64,000 bases of DNA from Eledone cirrhosa (taxonomy: Eukaryota). Where the stretch lies: the NCBI GenBank assembly GCA_964016885.1, contig OZ024752.1, positions 32,178,001 through 32,242,000 on the forward strand. The letters are read 5' to 3'. The position numbers and the translations under genes are program-made. Shown piece after piece: positions 26,947-43,104 of this stretch. The notes beneath the pieces were generated by a model. The model was not told where the DNA came from, did not search any database, and was given only the letters and a program-made list of their open reading frames with translations. Positions within the stretch are counted from its first letter, which is position 1. Each line of letters starts with the position of its first letter.

Positions 26947-26997
26947 AGATTCTACAGGACTAGAACTGTTTCATTCTTTAGAAATCATCAGGAATCT
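26947..26997 (-). ncRNA. Type I hammerhead ribozyme (mirror copy)
   Basis: Reverse complement of 27336-27386. Confidence 0.75.
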
Positions 26998-27335
26998 GGG
27001 TATCAAAAAATAAATATGGTATTTATAGGTCTCTTCAGGTGGTAGGAGAGGGTGGGGAGTGGGATGGGTGTAGGTCATTGGTTGATAGAAAAGGGAATTC
27101 ATTAAAAGCTAATTCTTCAAAGCTATAGTTTATATTTAGAGTAACAAAGGCAGAAAGAATTCTATAAACAAGTTAATATAAACTAAATATAAACTAAATA
27201 TAAACTATAGCTTTGAAGAATTAGCTTTTAATGAATTCCCTATTCTATCAACCAATGACCTCTACCCATCCCACTCCCCACCCTCTCCTACCACCTGAAG
27301 AGACCTATAAATACCATATTTATTTTTTGATACCC

Positions 27336-27386
27336 AGATTCCTGATGATTTCTAAAGAATGAAACAGTTCTAGTCCTGTAGAATCT
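27336..27386 (+). ncRNA. Type I hammerhead ribozyme
   Basis: agattc-CTGATGA-tttc taaa gaat-GAAA-cag ttctagtc ctg-TA-gaatct; GUA site, predicted cut after 27380. Confidence 0.75.
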
Positions 27387-27401
27387 CATCTATATTAAAA
27401 C

Positions 27402-27480
<79 letters not shown>

Positions 27481-28248
27481 ACACAGCAACTCGCACGAAG
27501 CTTTATTCGTCTTCGTTCTCATTCTTTAAAAACTAATATTTTGAACTGTAAAATAAATTATTGAATATTTATAGATAATTGATTAGGTTTTATTTGTTAT
27601 TCATAAGGGATTGCATTTTATTCAGCAAGAAAATAAATGATGGAAAGACCAGATCATATCCGTGGAAAACAATTTTGAAAATAAACTGGCGGTTTTGAGA
27701 TTTTTTTTTCTTTTCGTTTTATCACGTATATCTTTTACCGTTATTGAAAATATTTTCCTTCTCAAAAACTTCGAATTGACGTATAAAGAAATATAGAAAT
27801 AAACGTGAGGCATTTTGTTCAATGCCATTTACAGTTATAATTAGTATTTTAACTTCTTAAAGATTAGAAAATAATAATATTTATGTATGCATATAAAAGA
27901 CGTTTTATTGATGTCGAAAAACGTGGTAAACACACACTCACACACACATGTGCGTGTGTGTATATGTTGAGGGTGTGTTGGGTGCGTGGCTGTTCTCAGT
28001 CTCCGAATGGAAGAATTGATGTCATACAAGGCGGTGAATTAAATCTGTAGATTTTTTTTAGGGGGGCGGCGGGGTTGTCTTTTGGTCTTCATCTTTAACT
28101 CCTGAATACAATATTACTAATATATATATATATGTGTGTGTGTGTATATGTATATGTGTGTGTGTATATGTGTGTGTATGTGTGTGCGTGTGTATATATA
28201 TATATATATATGTGTGTGTGTATATATGTGTGTGTGTGTGTGTATATA

Positions 28249-28331
<83 letters not shown>

Positions 28332-30124
28332 TCTTTTCCTGCTTCTTCATAATTAATCCCTTTGTCATCACATGACTTCAGGTCTTCCTGTCATGGGGTT
28401 ATAACTTCCCTTTCGAACGACCGTGAAGCTGAAGCCACCCTCGAGAGGGGATTGTCCTCACAGTAGGTTATGCTTTCTGTTCTATGTGGGTACATTTTTC
28501 TTATGGAGGTGGAGAGTGGAGATCCTTTTTCCCTTTTTTTTACTCATTCCTCTGCCATTGATGTTTATCTGAGAAAGGTAATGAACCCCAATTCATCGTC
28601 GCAACACAATGCGATGAAACTGCTGGTTATAGCATAAGGAATGAGTCCTATGGGTCGTATTATTTTTGCTTTGGCGCATAGTTACGGCCCTTGCCATTCT
28701 GAGTTCAAATCCCATCGAGGTTAACTTTGCCTTTCATCCTTACGGGGTCGATAAAATAAAGTACCCTTAATGCACTGGATAATTGCTGGCCTTGTGCCAA
28801 AAGTAGAAACAACTATTTTTGCGGTGGATTGGAGGTATCGGTAGAGCGTCGGACAGCATGCTTTGCTGCATAGAGTTACGTCCTTTTATGTTCTGAGTTC
28901 AGGTACCGCCGAGGTTAGCTTCGCCTTTCATCCCTACGAGGTCGATAAAATCGACCAGTAACGTTCTGGGGTCCAGTAACGTACTGGGGTTGATTTAATC
29001 GACTTTCCCATCCCCCAAAGAATTGTTGGCCTTGTGCCTAAATCAGAAACCATTATCTCTATGGCGGGTTTTGAGAACGTCTCACTTTTAGAATCAATTA
29101 AAACTCATAGTTGACGATAGCCTAGTCTTCTGAACTCATTTGAATATGGAGAAATGGTGTGGTGATGGCTGCCACTGGATTTATTCTAATGCGGATCACG
29201 TGTCAGGGAAATGTAGAATACTAATAGCAATTATGCATAGATTCTCATCTTATGAGCCCGAAGAGAATTGTCCCTAGATAACTGCAAAAAATAATGACTA
29301 GAATAGAATACGAATTTCCAAAAAATCTAATTTATATTTGTTTTATATATTTAGAATTACTTTAAATTAACAAATATGAAATTGTCAGGTTTGGAAATGT
29401 TATCTCTTTTATATATTAATAATGATGACAGACTCTCCGGAGTTTCCAAAAAGGGATAGAAATTGAAGATGTCACAGATATGTGTGACGAAAGAAGTTTA
29501 AGAAACTATATTTATATTTATTTTTTAATTGTGAGTCAATCAATGATAAACATTAATTGCCAGCTAAATTATTTATAGAAATATAAAATTATTCTGGAGC
29601 AAACACCAAACCAAACCAAACAGTGAGTGTGTTTTACTATTTTTTTTTTTTTGTGGTGTTGTTGGGGGCAATATTAGGACAACATAACCCTCCTCAAATA
29701 TAACTATAAAAACATAATATACAGGAGTATTATTTAAATTAAATGATCGCTTCTTTGATTTTGCTCTGCTTTGTTTTGAAAATGTAAATTTCATATTTTA
29801 TCTGTCACAATCACTATTTTGAAATAATTATATTTTTCTAACTTTTGTCTGTTACCATATTTTGTCATTCTTGTTAGAAGAACCCCCCCCCCCTTTTTTT
29901 TTTCATTTGTGTAGAAAAAAAGTAATTGTTCCTTCTGAATGAATATCAACCATTATTACTGACATTTTGAATAAAGAAATATTATAAGGAAATAAAGAAA
30001 TATTATTACTGAAATTTTGTCAATAACACAATTATCTAAAACCAAATTTCCTTATGGTTATTTCTTGCTTTTTTCTTTCTTTCTTTAATATTTTATTTAT
30101 TCATTTATTTATTTATTTTCTCAG

Positions 30125-30555
30125 GTGTGAAATATCTCGATGAATGTCCCAAGGAGCCGAAAATACCAATCTACCTTTTAGTCGGCGGATCATTCGGTGC
30201 CCTCAAGTTAGTACTCGTACTTTGGCGTCAGGTGAAGTTTCACCGTTACGAATTTGACGACCATTTCAGTGATACTGAGAAATTATTTTCAGCATCACAT
30301 GTCACACAATTGGCTCTGACAGTTTTTTTAGCCATTTGGTTTGGCTTCGGTAACTATTGGCTTTATTCTATTTGGAAACCTCATTTCGAGGCTCCTCTCC
30401 ACGAACCTCGCAACTGGTGCTCAGAAACAGTGTTTCGTTTTACATTTTGGCAGCTACTATCTTGTCATGTTTTGGTTTGCTGCACTATAATTCTGACATT
30501 TGTTTTACTCATAACCTACAGATGCTATAAAATTTGTAAAATGGAGAAAAGCTAA
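30125..30555 (+). CDS. TMEM272: TMEM272-like transmembrane protein, terminal coding exon
   Basis: Polypyrimidine tract + tctcAG|GT; encodes VKYLDECPKEPKIPIYLLVGGSFGALK..FLAIWFGFGNYWLYSIWKP..PRNWCSETVF.., the TMEM272 family motifs; stop TAA 30553-30555 followed by AATAAA. Confidence 0.9.
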
Positions 30556-30669
30556 TAAATAAATAAACAACCAAAAACAGATCTAATTCTCGGAGTTTAC
30601 TACACAAGTTAACGAGAGGTTAACGAGAAATATGAAAATTAATTTCATTGAGAGAAAATTGAGACACAC

Positions 30670-32553
<1,884 letters not shown>

Positions 32554-33670
32554 CGGCTTTTTGTTTGGTAATTGAGGAGTGGAAATAAAATAAAATTTAG
32601 AGAAAAACCTTTCAACGCTTTTGTCACAGGAAAGCGTCCGTTGAAAGAGAGTTTAACGGTTTGCTGGGTGTGTCACTGGAATCAATTATATTACAGCTAT
32701 GTTTGATGGAATCTATACCTCATACGTAGACTATGGCCTGCTTAAGTATTCTTGAACGTTCGAAGGTTTACATACCTCTTTTTTTTTGTTTTAGTTCATG
32801 AATGAATCTGTTTCTGAATGGATCATGATTTTTTTTGTTATGTACACTACATGAAAATGTATTCATTACGTATGTCAGTTGTCTTATAATGCAACTATGT
32901 ACGCTGCAGTTATTTTTGTTGCAGTTGCCTGTTGTTGTTGTTGTTGTTGTTAGTGCTGTTGTTCTTGTCGTTGTTGCCGCTAATTATTTTATGATGGTCG
33001 TTGATGATGATGATGATGTTAGTTATGTTGATGCTGTCGCATTTGCTCTACCGAGATCTCATTGTTCCTTCATGGATGGATTTGGTCCACGAATCATTCA
33101 GACCTATTTGAGCTCTATATTCCTACTCTAATGTTAAGTGTCTATGGCTCTGTCTACAAACGTGACTAACCACCTTTGTACATTATACGAAGCATTCCCT
33201 GAAATATAGGGCAGTATTTCTGGTGTGTTTGATAGTACCACTGGAGGGTGTAGTGGGGGGGGGGGGTTGATAATGTTACAGTCTCCACGTGGTCACTAGA
33301 CTTTCTAGAGATAGAAAGGAAATCTCTTTCAAATCACAGCCTATTTATTTAGTAATTGTTTTAATGTTGGGCATATTATACAATATATTCTTTCGTAACC
33401 TGTTTAAACTAATGAAGTGATGGTCATGCTTGGAACGCCTTTGATCATAGATCTGCTCGGGCATTGCTGTGAAGCCAATATTGGCAAACCTCGGAAGTAA
33501 CTGGTGTATGTATATATATATATATATATACATACATAGGGAGTGTTTGCGTGTATATATACATATATATGTATTCGTGTGTGTGTTTAATGTATGTACG
33601 ATTTTATTTGAAGCAGTAACATGAACTCTGGAAATCCATGTAATGCCATCAACTAGCTACAGGTACTAAT

Positions 33671-33705
<35 letters not shown>

Positions 33706-33770
33706 TATAGATATAAACACATACACTCATATATATGTATAAAAACAAATATATATATATATATTACACT

Positions 33771-33817
<47 letters not shown>

Positions 33818-36800
33818 AGAACTCTACATAGTCGATCTGTAATATTATTGATATCTACAACTCATGCACCACACCACAAGATTATATTTCTTGAAACAAA
33901 CTTTTACATTTCTATTTTAAGATGTTCAAATTATATTCTATCAATAGATGAATATTTATAAAATATAATAATTTAACTGCATCTTTCAAATATACTAAAT
34001 TATCTGTATGGCTACTTACGTGGACAGAAAGAATCTTTTTAAAAAGTAAATGAAGAAAATCAATGAAATAAGACCATTTAAAATCTATCATTTATGTACA
34101 CAGAACGGATAGTTACTTTGTCAGTCTCACGTTCCAACAGCTATTTTAACATTTTAAAAACCAAGCTATTGTATTTTCTTGGCCATGTAAGGTATTTTTG
34201 TAAGCATTTCGCGTGGTTTTTTGCGATGCAGAATCAAAAGTATATATAATTCTTTTATGTCATTTTTTTATTTTTAATATTTTTTTCACAGTCGTTTCTT
34301 TAATTTTTTTTTTTTTTCGCCATTTCTTAAACAAGTATCTGTATAAAGAACCACTTTCGTATCTGCACTACCCATCCCCTCTCAGGTCTAATTCCTTTCG
34401 TTTATATATGTAAAAGTCTACGAAATTACATCTGAACCAATTTTACGACTCACATATGTATATTTATTCGTGACACTAGCACCAACTCTTGCAGTTAATC
34501 CTATTTCAGATCTGATTGTTATTTCTCACACCACCACGAACTCACGCAGAAAAGTTTACTTCGTGAATCACGATCATCTTTATAAAACAGGTAATTATGT
34601 CTATACCGAAACAGAAATAACAATGTTTCGTACCTCACTGTTACATCAAATTTGCTACAAAATCTCTCTCACAGCTAATTCTACTTCAGTTCTCTTCCTA
34701 TCCTCTTTGTATTGGTATTAATATCAATACTCTCAATTCTTAATGTAATCCCCATTGACAAGTGTACACCACTTCTTATAGTGGTACCGGTTTGAAATAA
34801 TCGTACATACTTCAACATTATTAAATCCATCTCAATTGTTATTAACTGCTGAACTCGTCAGAGATGTGTCAATCATTCGGTGAAAACCTTCTCGTTCTGT
34901 TTCTTTAAAACTGTAGTTTAATAACAATGATACGCTGATTTCTAACATTTGTATCATCTTGAAATTTTCTGTTTTCTGTTAATGATAGTTATCATGGCCT
35001 TTAACTTGATCAACTCAGTATTAAAATGTCTGCAAATCTCTTCACGTCCAAACGCCATACAGCTATTTGCAAAATGTATTTTATTCGATTTTTTAGTTTT
35101 GTTTTTATTTTAATAACATATTTTAGCACTTTATTGATTTGGAATAAATACAGACTTTTTTCTTATGAAAGTATAAGAAACCTCAAAACTTCGATAATAT
35201 TTTGAAATTTGTTTTCCTCTCTCACCATCAAATCAACATCATAAAATTAGTTTCCGCTCTTTTGCCAAAGACGTCGTTCTTTTACCAAGTAGCCGTTACA
35301 TTTTTAACACAGAATACTGGCAAATGTGTTGGGAATATTATAAGCAAAAAAAAAAAACAATGTATATAACCGACAAATATATTCAACACCTTTTTTCGCG
35401 TAGTCCAAATTTTTAAAAACTATAATATGGACAATGTAGTCACGGTGTTTTATTTTTAAATTTAAATGTCAGTTTTTTTTATATATTACATTCTAATTTC
35501 AGGAGAAATCACACACACACACACACAAAAAAAAGTTTATTGTAAAACGTATAAAAAGCCGTCAATATATTATTACTCGCTGACTGCTCGATTTCCATTG
35601 CAATTTGATCTGTCTGTTCGCATTTATCCTTTTGACAATGAAATGGGCGATTTCACTTTGGCGCTTCATTCCTGGGCTCTTGAACTTTTATTTTCTCTTT
35701 CACACACACACACACATATATATATATGAGAAAAAGGGAGAGTAATTTTGAAAACACTGTTACATCTATATGTTAATTAGCTTTACTTCGAGGAAACCTC
35801 CAATACATTATTAAGTGTTTCTCACTGTTAATCGTTCACACTTATATCTATGAGGAAATGCAGTGTTAATTTAAAAGCACAGTTACAGCTTACACATACG
35901 AAGCCTTCAGTTCTTAAGTAAGTGTTTCTCACCTTCAGTTATGACATTATTGAATTATGGTCGGCAGTGATGTACTCAACTTGTATTTTATGACAACTAA
36001 GGTATGTTTTCTGCTTCAGTGATATTCTTTCTATTGAATTTCAGTCTCAGAACAGACGAAAGCAATCTGAAATACTATGTATTTTATTAATTCAATCAAA
36101 CGAAATATTAGTTTTTGTTAAATGCTTTTATCTATTATGAAAATTATAAAACATTTTATTCCACACCAGTAAATAACCATCCTGCTATCACAAAATGGTA
36201 TAATATTTTAACACAAACTGAATTATGAGGCCTCTTATTACTTTTTGTTTTTCATCAACTAAATCATTTAGTTCGGCTCTACGTACGATGATACCCCTGG
36301 GATCGCTAACCTAGGATGGCCCCAGTCTCATCGAGCAAGTGCGAGAAAGAGAGAAGAAAATTAATTATTTAGTAACCTGCTGAAAGAACTAGCAGTCAAC
36401 CAAGATTAAGGATTGGCAGAATCGGTAAAGTGTCGGGCAATATGCTTTGTGGCATTACGTTACGGCCTTTTACGTTCTGAGTTCAAATCCCACCGAGGTT
36501 AGCTTTGCCTTTCATCCTTACGGGGTCGATAAAATAAAGCACCAGTAATGCACTGGGAGTTGATTAAATCGACATTCCCCTCCCCACCAAAAATTGTTGG
36601 CCTTATGCCTAAATCAGAAACCATTATTTGTTTGTCTCCTTATTGCTGTCGTTTTCAGCTTGACTGACGCTGCGAAGACAACTCAACATTTTGTGTATAG
36701 ATCTCGAATCCGAAGTGCTATATTGAAATTAAAATCGATATTGAAAAAAAAATCAAGAGTAGATGAAACTCCAATGCTATGTTGTAAAATGTTATATCTA

Positions 36801-37453
36801 TGGGTATTATCAATACGTTGAATCCACGGTATTTCTGTTGTGCTGCGTTCGTTGTTGTTTCTGTGTGTTTGCGGGATTGGGTTTTTTTTATTATTATTTT
36901 TTTTTTTTTATTACAGTGGAGAACATAAAAAAATGATTTCCATTGAAATTAGACAAGTCTGTCCATAATTCATGAACAGATTTCATATTAAATAATTATA
37001 ATTAGATCATTTATAATTGTATGCAGACACATTCAACCAAAATTATTACCCAGATTAATTGCTAATTAAGTTATTCGCTAGATTCACTCATGAAATTTAA
37101 ATAGACAGACTTGTTTTTTTTCAAATTAATAAACACATATTTGAATACAGAGATGCATGAATTACACTGGTTGAGGCACACACGTACACACACGTACGTA
37201 CACACACGTACACACACACACACATGTACACGTATACATACGTACACACACACACACGTACACACACATCCACACACGCACAGGCCCAAACGCATGTCAC
37301 ACATACACACGTACACAAAGACAAACGACTTTTTTTTTTTTTACATATAAAACAAATAAAAGAATGTCATTATGCATATCCATTTACATAAACACGCACA
37401 CACTAGCTCTCACATACATGCATGTACACACACATACATACACACATAAACAC

Positions 37454-37485
<32 letters not shown>

Positions 37486-37624
37486 TGGGTATACGGAATG
37501 GCCAGTTCTATCTATTGGTTAACCACCAAACTTAAGTGTGTGTGTGTGTATATATATATATGTCCCAAGGCTCTGATACCATCAACACCATAAACACAGA
37601 GCTGGCATATCTAAGAATTGACTA

Positions 37625-37680
37625 ACTGCCTGATGAGGTCATAGCCATTCAATGGCTATCATCGAAATATATATAGCAGT
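37625..37680 (+). ncRNA. Minimal type I hammerhead ribozyme
   Basis: actgc-CTGATGA-ggtcatagcca ttcaa tggctatcatc-GAAA-tatata-TA-gcagt. Confidence 0.8.
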
Positions 37681-37900
37681 AAATAAAGGATTATGAGTTC
37701 ATGCAATTGACTTACGTTTCGTCACTATATATAGATATAGCGGTAAAAAACCGGGAAGTTACATCTGTAGCGAGTAGAGCACTCAGTTCAGAGGACAAGT
37801 TCGGTATGTAGTTAGTTCAACTTCCAAACTCGGATTGAAAATCCGCTAGGTGAAACGCCCGTCCTAGAGTATGGTTTGCTAATTTGTTGTGAAACTCTCT

Positions 37901-37947
<47 letters not shown>

Positions 37948-38049
37948 TGTATATATATGCAAAAACTAAATGGAAATATCGAAACAAGCAATACAGCACT
38001 ATGGAAAAAAAGAAATACATTAGTATAACGCTTGAAGTCGAAAAAGATT

Positions 38050-38083
38050 CTTTACGTTTCGGAGACTAGTCCTTCATCAGAAG
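38050..38083 (-). ncRNA. Minimal hammerhead ribozyme (degenerate sibling at ~52330-52362)
   Basis: ctt-CTGATGA-aggactagtctcc-GAAA-cg-TA-aag; ACGT palindromic helix III. Confidence 0.6.
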
Positions 38084-38093
38084 GTGGAATGAA

Positions 38094-38132
<39 letters not shown>

Positions 38133-38338
38133 GCTTAAAGCATTGTGCAAAGAGTAGAAAATATGTCTAAGATCTATAGCTAAATGCAAATAACAAATCT
38201 ATTCTTTGTCATAAAAAAATCTTTCATTTCTATGAAACAGCTGAGAACAGTTAATATAAGTACATCTTGTACATGCCCTTTAAATCACAAGGTTATATGT
38301 TTAAAAGAGCATTCTCTAGAGTGTTTCGTGTATGTATA

Positions 38339-38388
<50 letters not shown>

Positions 38389-39118
38389 ATAGTGTGTGTG
38401 CGTGTGTATTACAAGTCGAAGCTGAAGCATATAGACAATATGCCCCACCTCCTTCCACTGTAAAGTGTTCGTGGAGGTGTCTTGACAAAAAAGCACCCAG
38501 CCCACACTGTAAGGTGGTCGTGTAGGCGCCACGGTAAAAAAAAAAACCTCCAGCACTCACTGTAAATGAGGTTGGTGTTGGGAAGGGCATCCAGCTGTAG
38601 AAATCAAGCCAAAATCGGTTCCCGTATGAGCAAGACATGGTCCCCCAAACTGGCATTGTCCACAACAGGACAACCCGTCTAACCCATGCTATCGTGTAGA
38701 ATGGACGTAAAACGGTAATGAATATATGTATGTATATATGAAGAGAGTCAGAGGGGAAAGATATATATTGTGGCCATTGGCAGTATCGGTAGAGGCGTCG
38801 GACGTCATGCTTTGACGCATGGAGTTACGGCCCTTTCCATTCTGAGTTCAAATCCCACCGAGGTTAACTTTGCCTTTCATCCTTACGGGGTCGATAAAAT
38901 AAAGTACCAGTAATGTACTCGCATAGCAAAACCACAAACCCTCCATCTCAATTCTACTTTTGAAAAGCACAAGAACTGTGAAACCGGTAAAGGAAACAAA
39001 TAAATATTCTTAAAAAGACTCCAGCTGTATTTTCGATTTCATCTTTTTTCCTTATACTTTCACTCGTTTTTTTTTTTTTTCATTTTGAAAAAAAAAAACC
39101 CCTCATTTTCTCATATAT

Positions 39119-39698
39119 ATATATTGTTATACTTTGGGAGGGTCATGTTGCCAATAAGAAACACACGCACCAGTTACTTTCACTTCAATTTATTATTATA
39201 AATTTAGGAATTTATAAATTTCCGGTTGGTTGGTTGGTTGGTTCCACAACCAGATGGTTGTTTATTTATATATTGTCAAAGTTCTTTCGTCACACATTCT
39301 GTGACCTCTTCAGTGACTGGGGATTCTTTTCTTTTTTTTTGTTGTGCCTCTCTTTTGTTCTGTCCTACGCCATCTTGTTTCTGTGTGTGTCACACACAGA
39401 AACAAGATGGCGTAGGACAGAACAAAGAAAAGAATCCCCAGTCACAGAAGAGGTCACAGAATGTGTGACGAAAGAACTTTGACAATATATAAATAAACAA
39501 CCATCTGGTTGTGGAACCAACCAACCAACCGGAAATTTATAAATTCCTAAATTTATAAATTTATTATAATAAATTGAAGTGAAAGGAACTGGTGCGTGTG
39601 TTTCTTATTGGCAACATGACCCTCCCAAGGTATAACAATAATATCGGTTTCAACACACGTTTTCAGATAAAGAATCTTGCTAAACAAATTCAGAAACG
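39119..39698. mobile_element. Penelope-like 3' end with ~260-bp fold-back
   Basis: Palindrome centred near 39390; 3' tail repeated on - at 49128-49222; (TA)n flanks. Confidence 0.75.
39275..39317 (-). ncRNA. Minimal type I hammerhead ribozyme
   Basis: gtca-CTGAAGA-ggtcaca gaatg tgtgac-GAAA-gaac-TT-tgac; the mirror copy at 39441-39483 has a mutated core, CAGAAGA. Confidence 0.7.
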
Positions 39699-39944
39699 AT
39701 ATATATATATATATATATATATATAAGAGAGAGAGATCAGTGACAACCACTTTGTGCTAGCTATGATCAGCAAACGGTAATTTGATATATCATATCTTTC
39801 TCTCACACTCAATGTTGAGAAGATATTCATCCAGTGTTTATATAGCTACTATCTACAGTTGGCTCAGTTGTTAAGGGCGTTGGACTTACTGACTATAATG
39901 TGTAAATAAAGAAACATCTAGTTACCTATTTAAATCTCTCTATA

Positions 39945-42900
39945 GCTGTCTCTCTCTGTATATATCTGTTTAACTCTCTCTCTCTCTACCTATCTGTCTG
40001 TCTCTGTATATATCTGTTTAACTCTCTCTCTACCTATCTGCCTGTCTCTGTATATATCTGTTTAACTCTCTCTCTCTACCTATCTGCCTGTCTCTGTATA
40101 TATCTGTTTAACTCTCTCTCTACCTATCTGCCTGTCTCTGTATATATCTGTTTAACTCTCTCTCTACCTCTCTGCCTGTCTCTGTATATATCTGTTTAAC
40201 TCTCTCTCTACCTATCTGTCTGTCTCTGTATATATCTGTTTAACTCTCTCTCTACCTATCTGTCTGTCTCTGTATATATCTATTTAACTCTCTCTCTACC
40301 TATCTGTCTGTCTCTGTATATATCTGTTTAACTCTCTCTCTACCTATCTGCCTGTCTCTGTATATATCTGTTTAACTCTCTCTCTACCTATCTGCCTGTC
40401 TCTGTATATATCTGTTTAACTCTCTCTCTACCTATCTGCCTGTCTCTGTATATATCTGTTTAACTCTCTCTCTACCTATCTGCCTGTCTCTGTATATATC
40501 TGTTTAACTCTCTCTCTCTACCTATCTGCCTGTCTCTGTATATATCTGTTTAACTCTCTCTCTACCTATCTGCCTGTCTCTGTATATATCTGTTTAACTC
40601 TCTCTCTACCTCTCTGTCTGTCTCTGTATATATCTGTTTAACTCTCTCTCTACCTATCTGCCTGTCTCTGTATATATCTGTTTAACTCTCTCTCTCTACC
40701 TATGTGTCTGTCTATGTATATATCTGTTTAACTCTCTCTCTCTACCTATCTGTCTGTCTCTGTATATATCTGTTTAACTCTCTCTCTCTCTCTCTCTACC
40801 TCTCTGCCTGTCTCTGTATATATCTGTTTAACTCTCTCTCTACCTATCTGCCTGTCTCTGTATATATCTGTTTAACTCTCTCTCTACCTATCTGCCTGTC
40901 TCTGTATATATCTGTTTAACTCTCTCTCTCTACCTCTCTGTCTGTCTATGTATATATCTGTTTAACTCTCTCTCTACCTATCTGTCTGTCTCTGTATATA
41001 TCTGTTTAACTCTCTCTCTCTACCTCTCTCTGTCTATGTATATTTCTGTTTAACTCTCTCTCTCTCTCTACCTATCTGTCTGTCTCTGTATATATCTGTT
41101 TAACTCTCTCTCTACCTATCTGCCTGTCTCTGTATATATCTGTTTAACTCTCTCTCTCTACCTTTCTGTCTATGTATATATCTGTTTAACTCTCTCTCTA
41201 CCTATCTGTCTGTCTCTGTATATATCTGTTTAACTCTCTCTCTCTCTACCTCTCTGTCTATCTATGTATATATCTGTTTAACTCTCTCTCTACCTCTCTG
41301 TCTGTCTCTGTATATATCTGTTTAACTTTCTCTCTACCTATCTGTCTGTCTCTGTATATATCTGTTTAACTCTCTCTCTACCTCTCTCTCTGTCTCTGTA
41401 TATATCTGTTTAACTCTCTCTCTACCTATCTGTCTGTCTCTGTATATATCTGTTTAACTCTCTCTCTACCTCTCTGCCTGTCTCTGTATATATCTGTTTA
41501 ACTCTCTCTCTACCTCTCTGCCTGTCTCTGTATATATCTGTTTAACTCTCTCTCTACCTATCTGTCTGTCTCTGTATATATCTGTTTAACTCTCTCTCTA
41601 CCTATCTGCCTGTCTCTGTATATATCTGTTTAACTCTCTCTCTACCTCTCTGTCTGTCTCTGTATATATCTATTTAACTCTCTCTCTCTACCTATCTGCC
41701 TGTCTCTGTATATATCTGTTTAACTCTCTCTCTCTCTACCTATCTGCCTGTCTCTGTATATATCTGTTTAACTCTCTCTCTCTACCTCTCTGCCTGTCTC
41801 TGTATATATCTGTTTAACTCTCTCTCTACCTCTCTGCCTGTCTCTGTATATATCTGTTTAACTCTCTCTCTACCTATCTGCCTGTCTCTGTATATATCTG
41901 TTTAACTCTCTCTCTACCTATCTGCCTGTCTCTGTATATATCTGTTTAACTCTCTCTCTACCTCTCTGCCTGTCTCTGTATATATCTGTTTAACTCTCTC
42001 TCTACCTATCTGCCTGTCTCTGTATATATCTGTTTAACTCTCTCTCTACCTATCTGCCTGTCTCTGTATATATCTGTTTAACTCTCTCTCTCTCTACCTC
42101 TCTGTCTGTCAATGTATATATCTGTTTAACTCTCTCTCTACCTATCTGTCTGTCTCTGTATATTTCTGTTTAACTCTCTCTCTCTACCTATCTGTCTGTC
42201 TCTGTATATATCTGTTTAACTCTCTCTCTACCTATCTGCCTGTCTCTGTATATATCTGTTTAACTCTCTCTCTACCTCTCTGCCTGTCTCTGTATATATC
42301 TGTTTAACTCTCTCTCTACCTATCTGCCTGTCTCTGTATATATCTGTTTAACTCTCTCTCTACCTCTCTGTCTGTCTCTGTATATATCTGTTTAACTCTC
42401 TCTCTACCTATCTCTCTGTCTCCGTATATATCTGTTTAACTCTCTCTCTATCTCTCTGCCTGTCTCTGTATATATCTGTTTAACTCTCTCTCTACCTCTC
42501 TGGCTGTCTCTGTATATATCTGTTTAACTCTCTCTCTACCTATCTGTCTGTCTCTGTATATATCTGTTTAACTCTCTCTCTCTACCTATCTGTCTCTCTG
42601 TATATATCTGTTTAACTCTCTCTCTCTACCTATCTGTCTCTGTATATATCTGTTTAACTCTCTCTCTACCTATCTGTCTGTCTATGTATATATCTGTTTA
42701 ACTCTCTCTCTCTCTCTACCTATCTGCCTGTCTCTGTATATATCTGTTTAACTCTCTCTCTACCTATCTGTCTGTCTCTGTATATATCTGTTTAACTCTC
42801 TCTCTCTACCTATCTGCCTGTCTCTGTATATATCTGTTTAACTCTCTCTCTCTACCTATCTGTCTGTCTCTGTATATATCTGTTTAACTCTCTCTCTACC

Positions 42901-43030
42901 TATCTGCCTGTCTCTGTATATATCTGTTTAACTCTCTCTCTCTCTCTACCTCTCTGTCTGTCTCTGTATATATGTTTAACTCTCTCTCTACCTCTCTGCC
43001 TGTCTCTGTATATAATCTCTCTATCTACCT
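39945..43030. repeat. ~44-bp pyrimidine-rich minisatellite, roughly 65-70 copies
   Basis: Unit (CT)5-ACCTATCTGCCTGTCTCTGTATATATCTGTTTAA with variable CT number. Confidence 0.95.
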
Positions 43031-43104
43031 TTCTCACTGTCAATCTAGAGTTAAAGATGTATATTTACTACGAACACGACTAACAACAAAGCTCAAATCT
43101 CAAT

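Larger units (their letters stand above)
26863..27402. mobile_element. Penelope-like 3' end with ~210-bp inverted duplication, inserted in (TA)n
   Basis: Arms 26931-27140 and ~27192-27402; - strand carries an ORF tail ..AFNEFPFLSTNDLHPSHSPPSPTT*, an HHR and a 3' tail GTATTGAGTACCTTAC; the motif CTCCTACCACCTGA is shared with the 17158 element's 3' end. Confidence 0.75.

Noticed and set aside
36594-36821. 75-aa ORF with signal-peptide-like N-terminus
   Set aside because: Starts at a non-ATG codon inside a SINE tail; no splice or family support.
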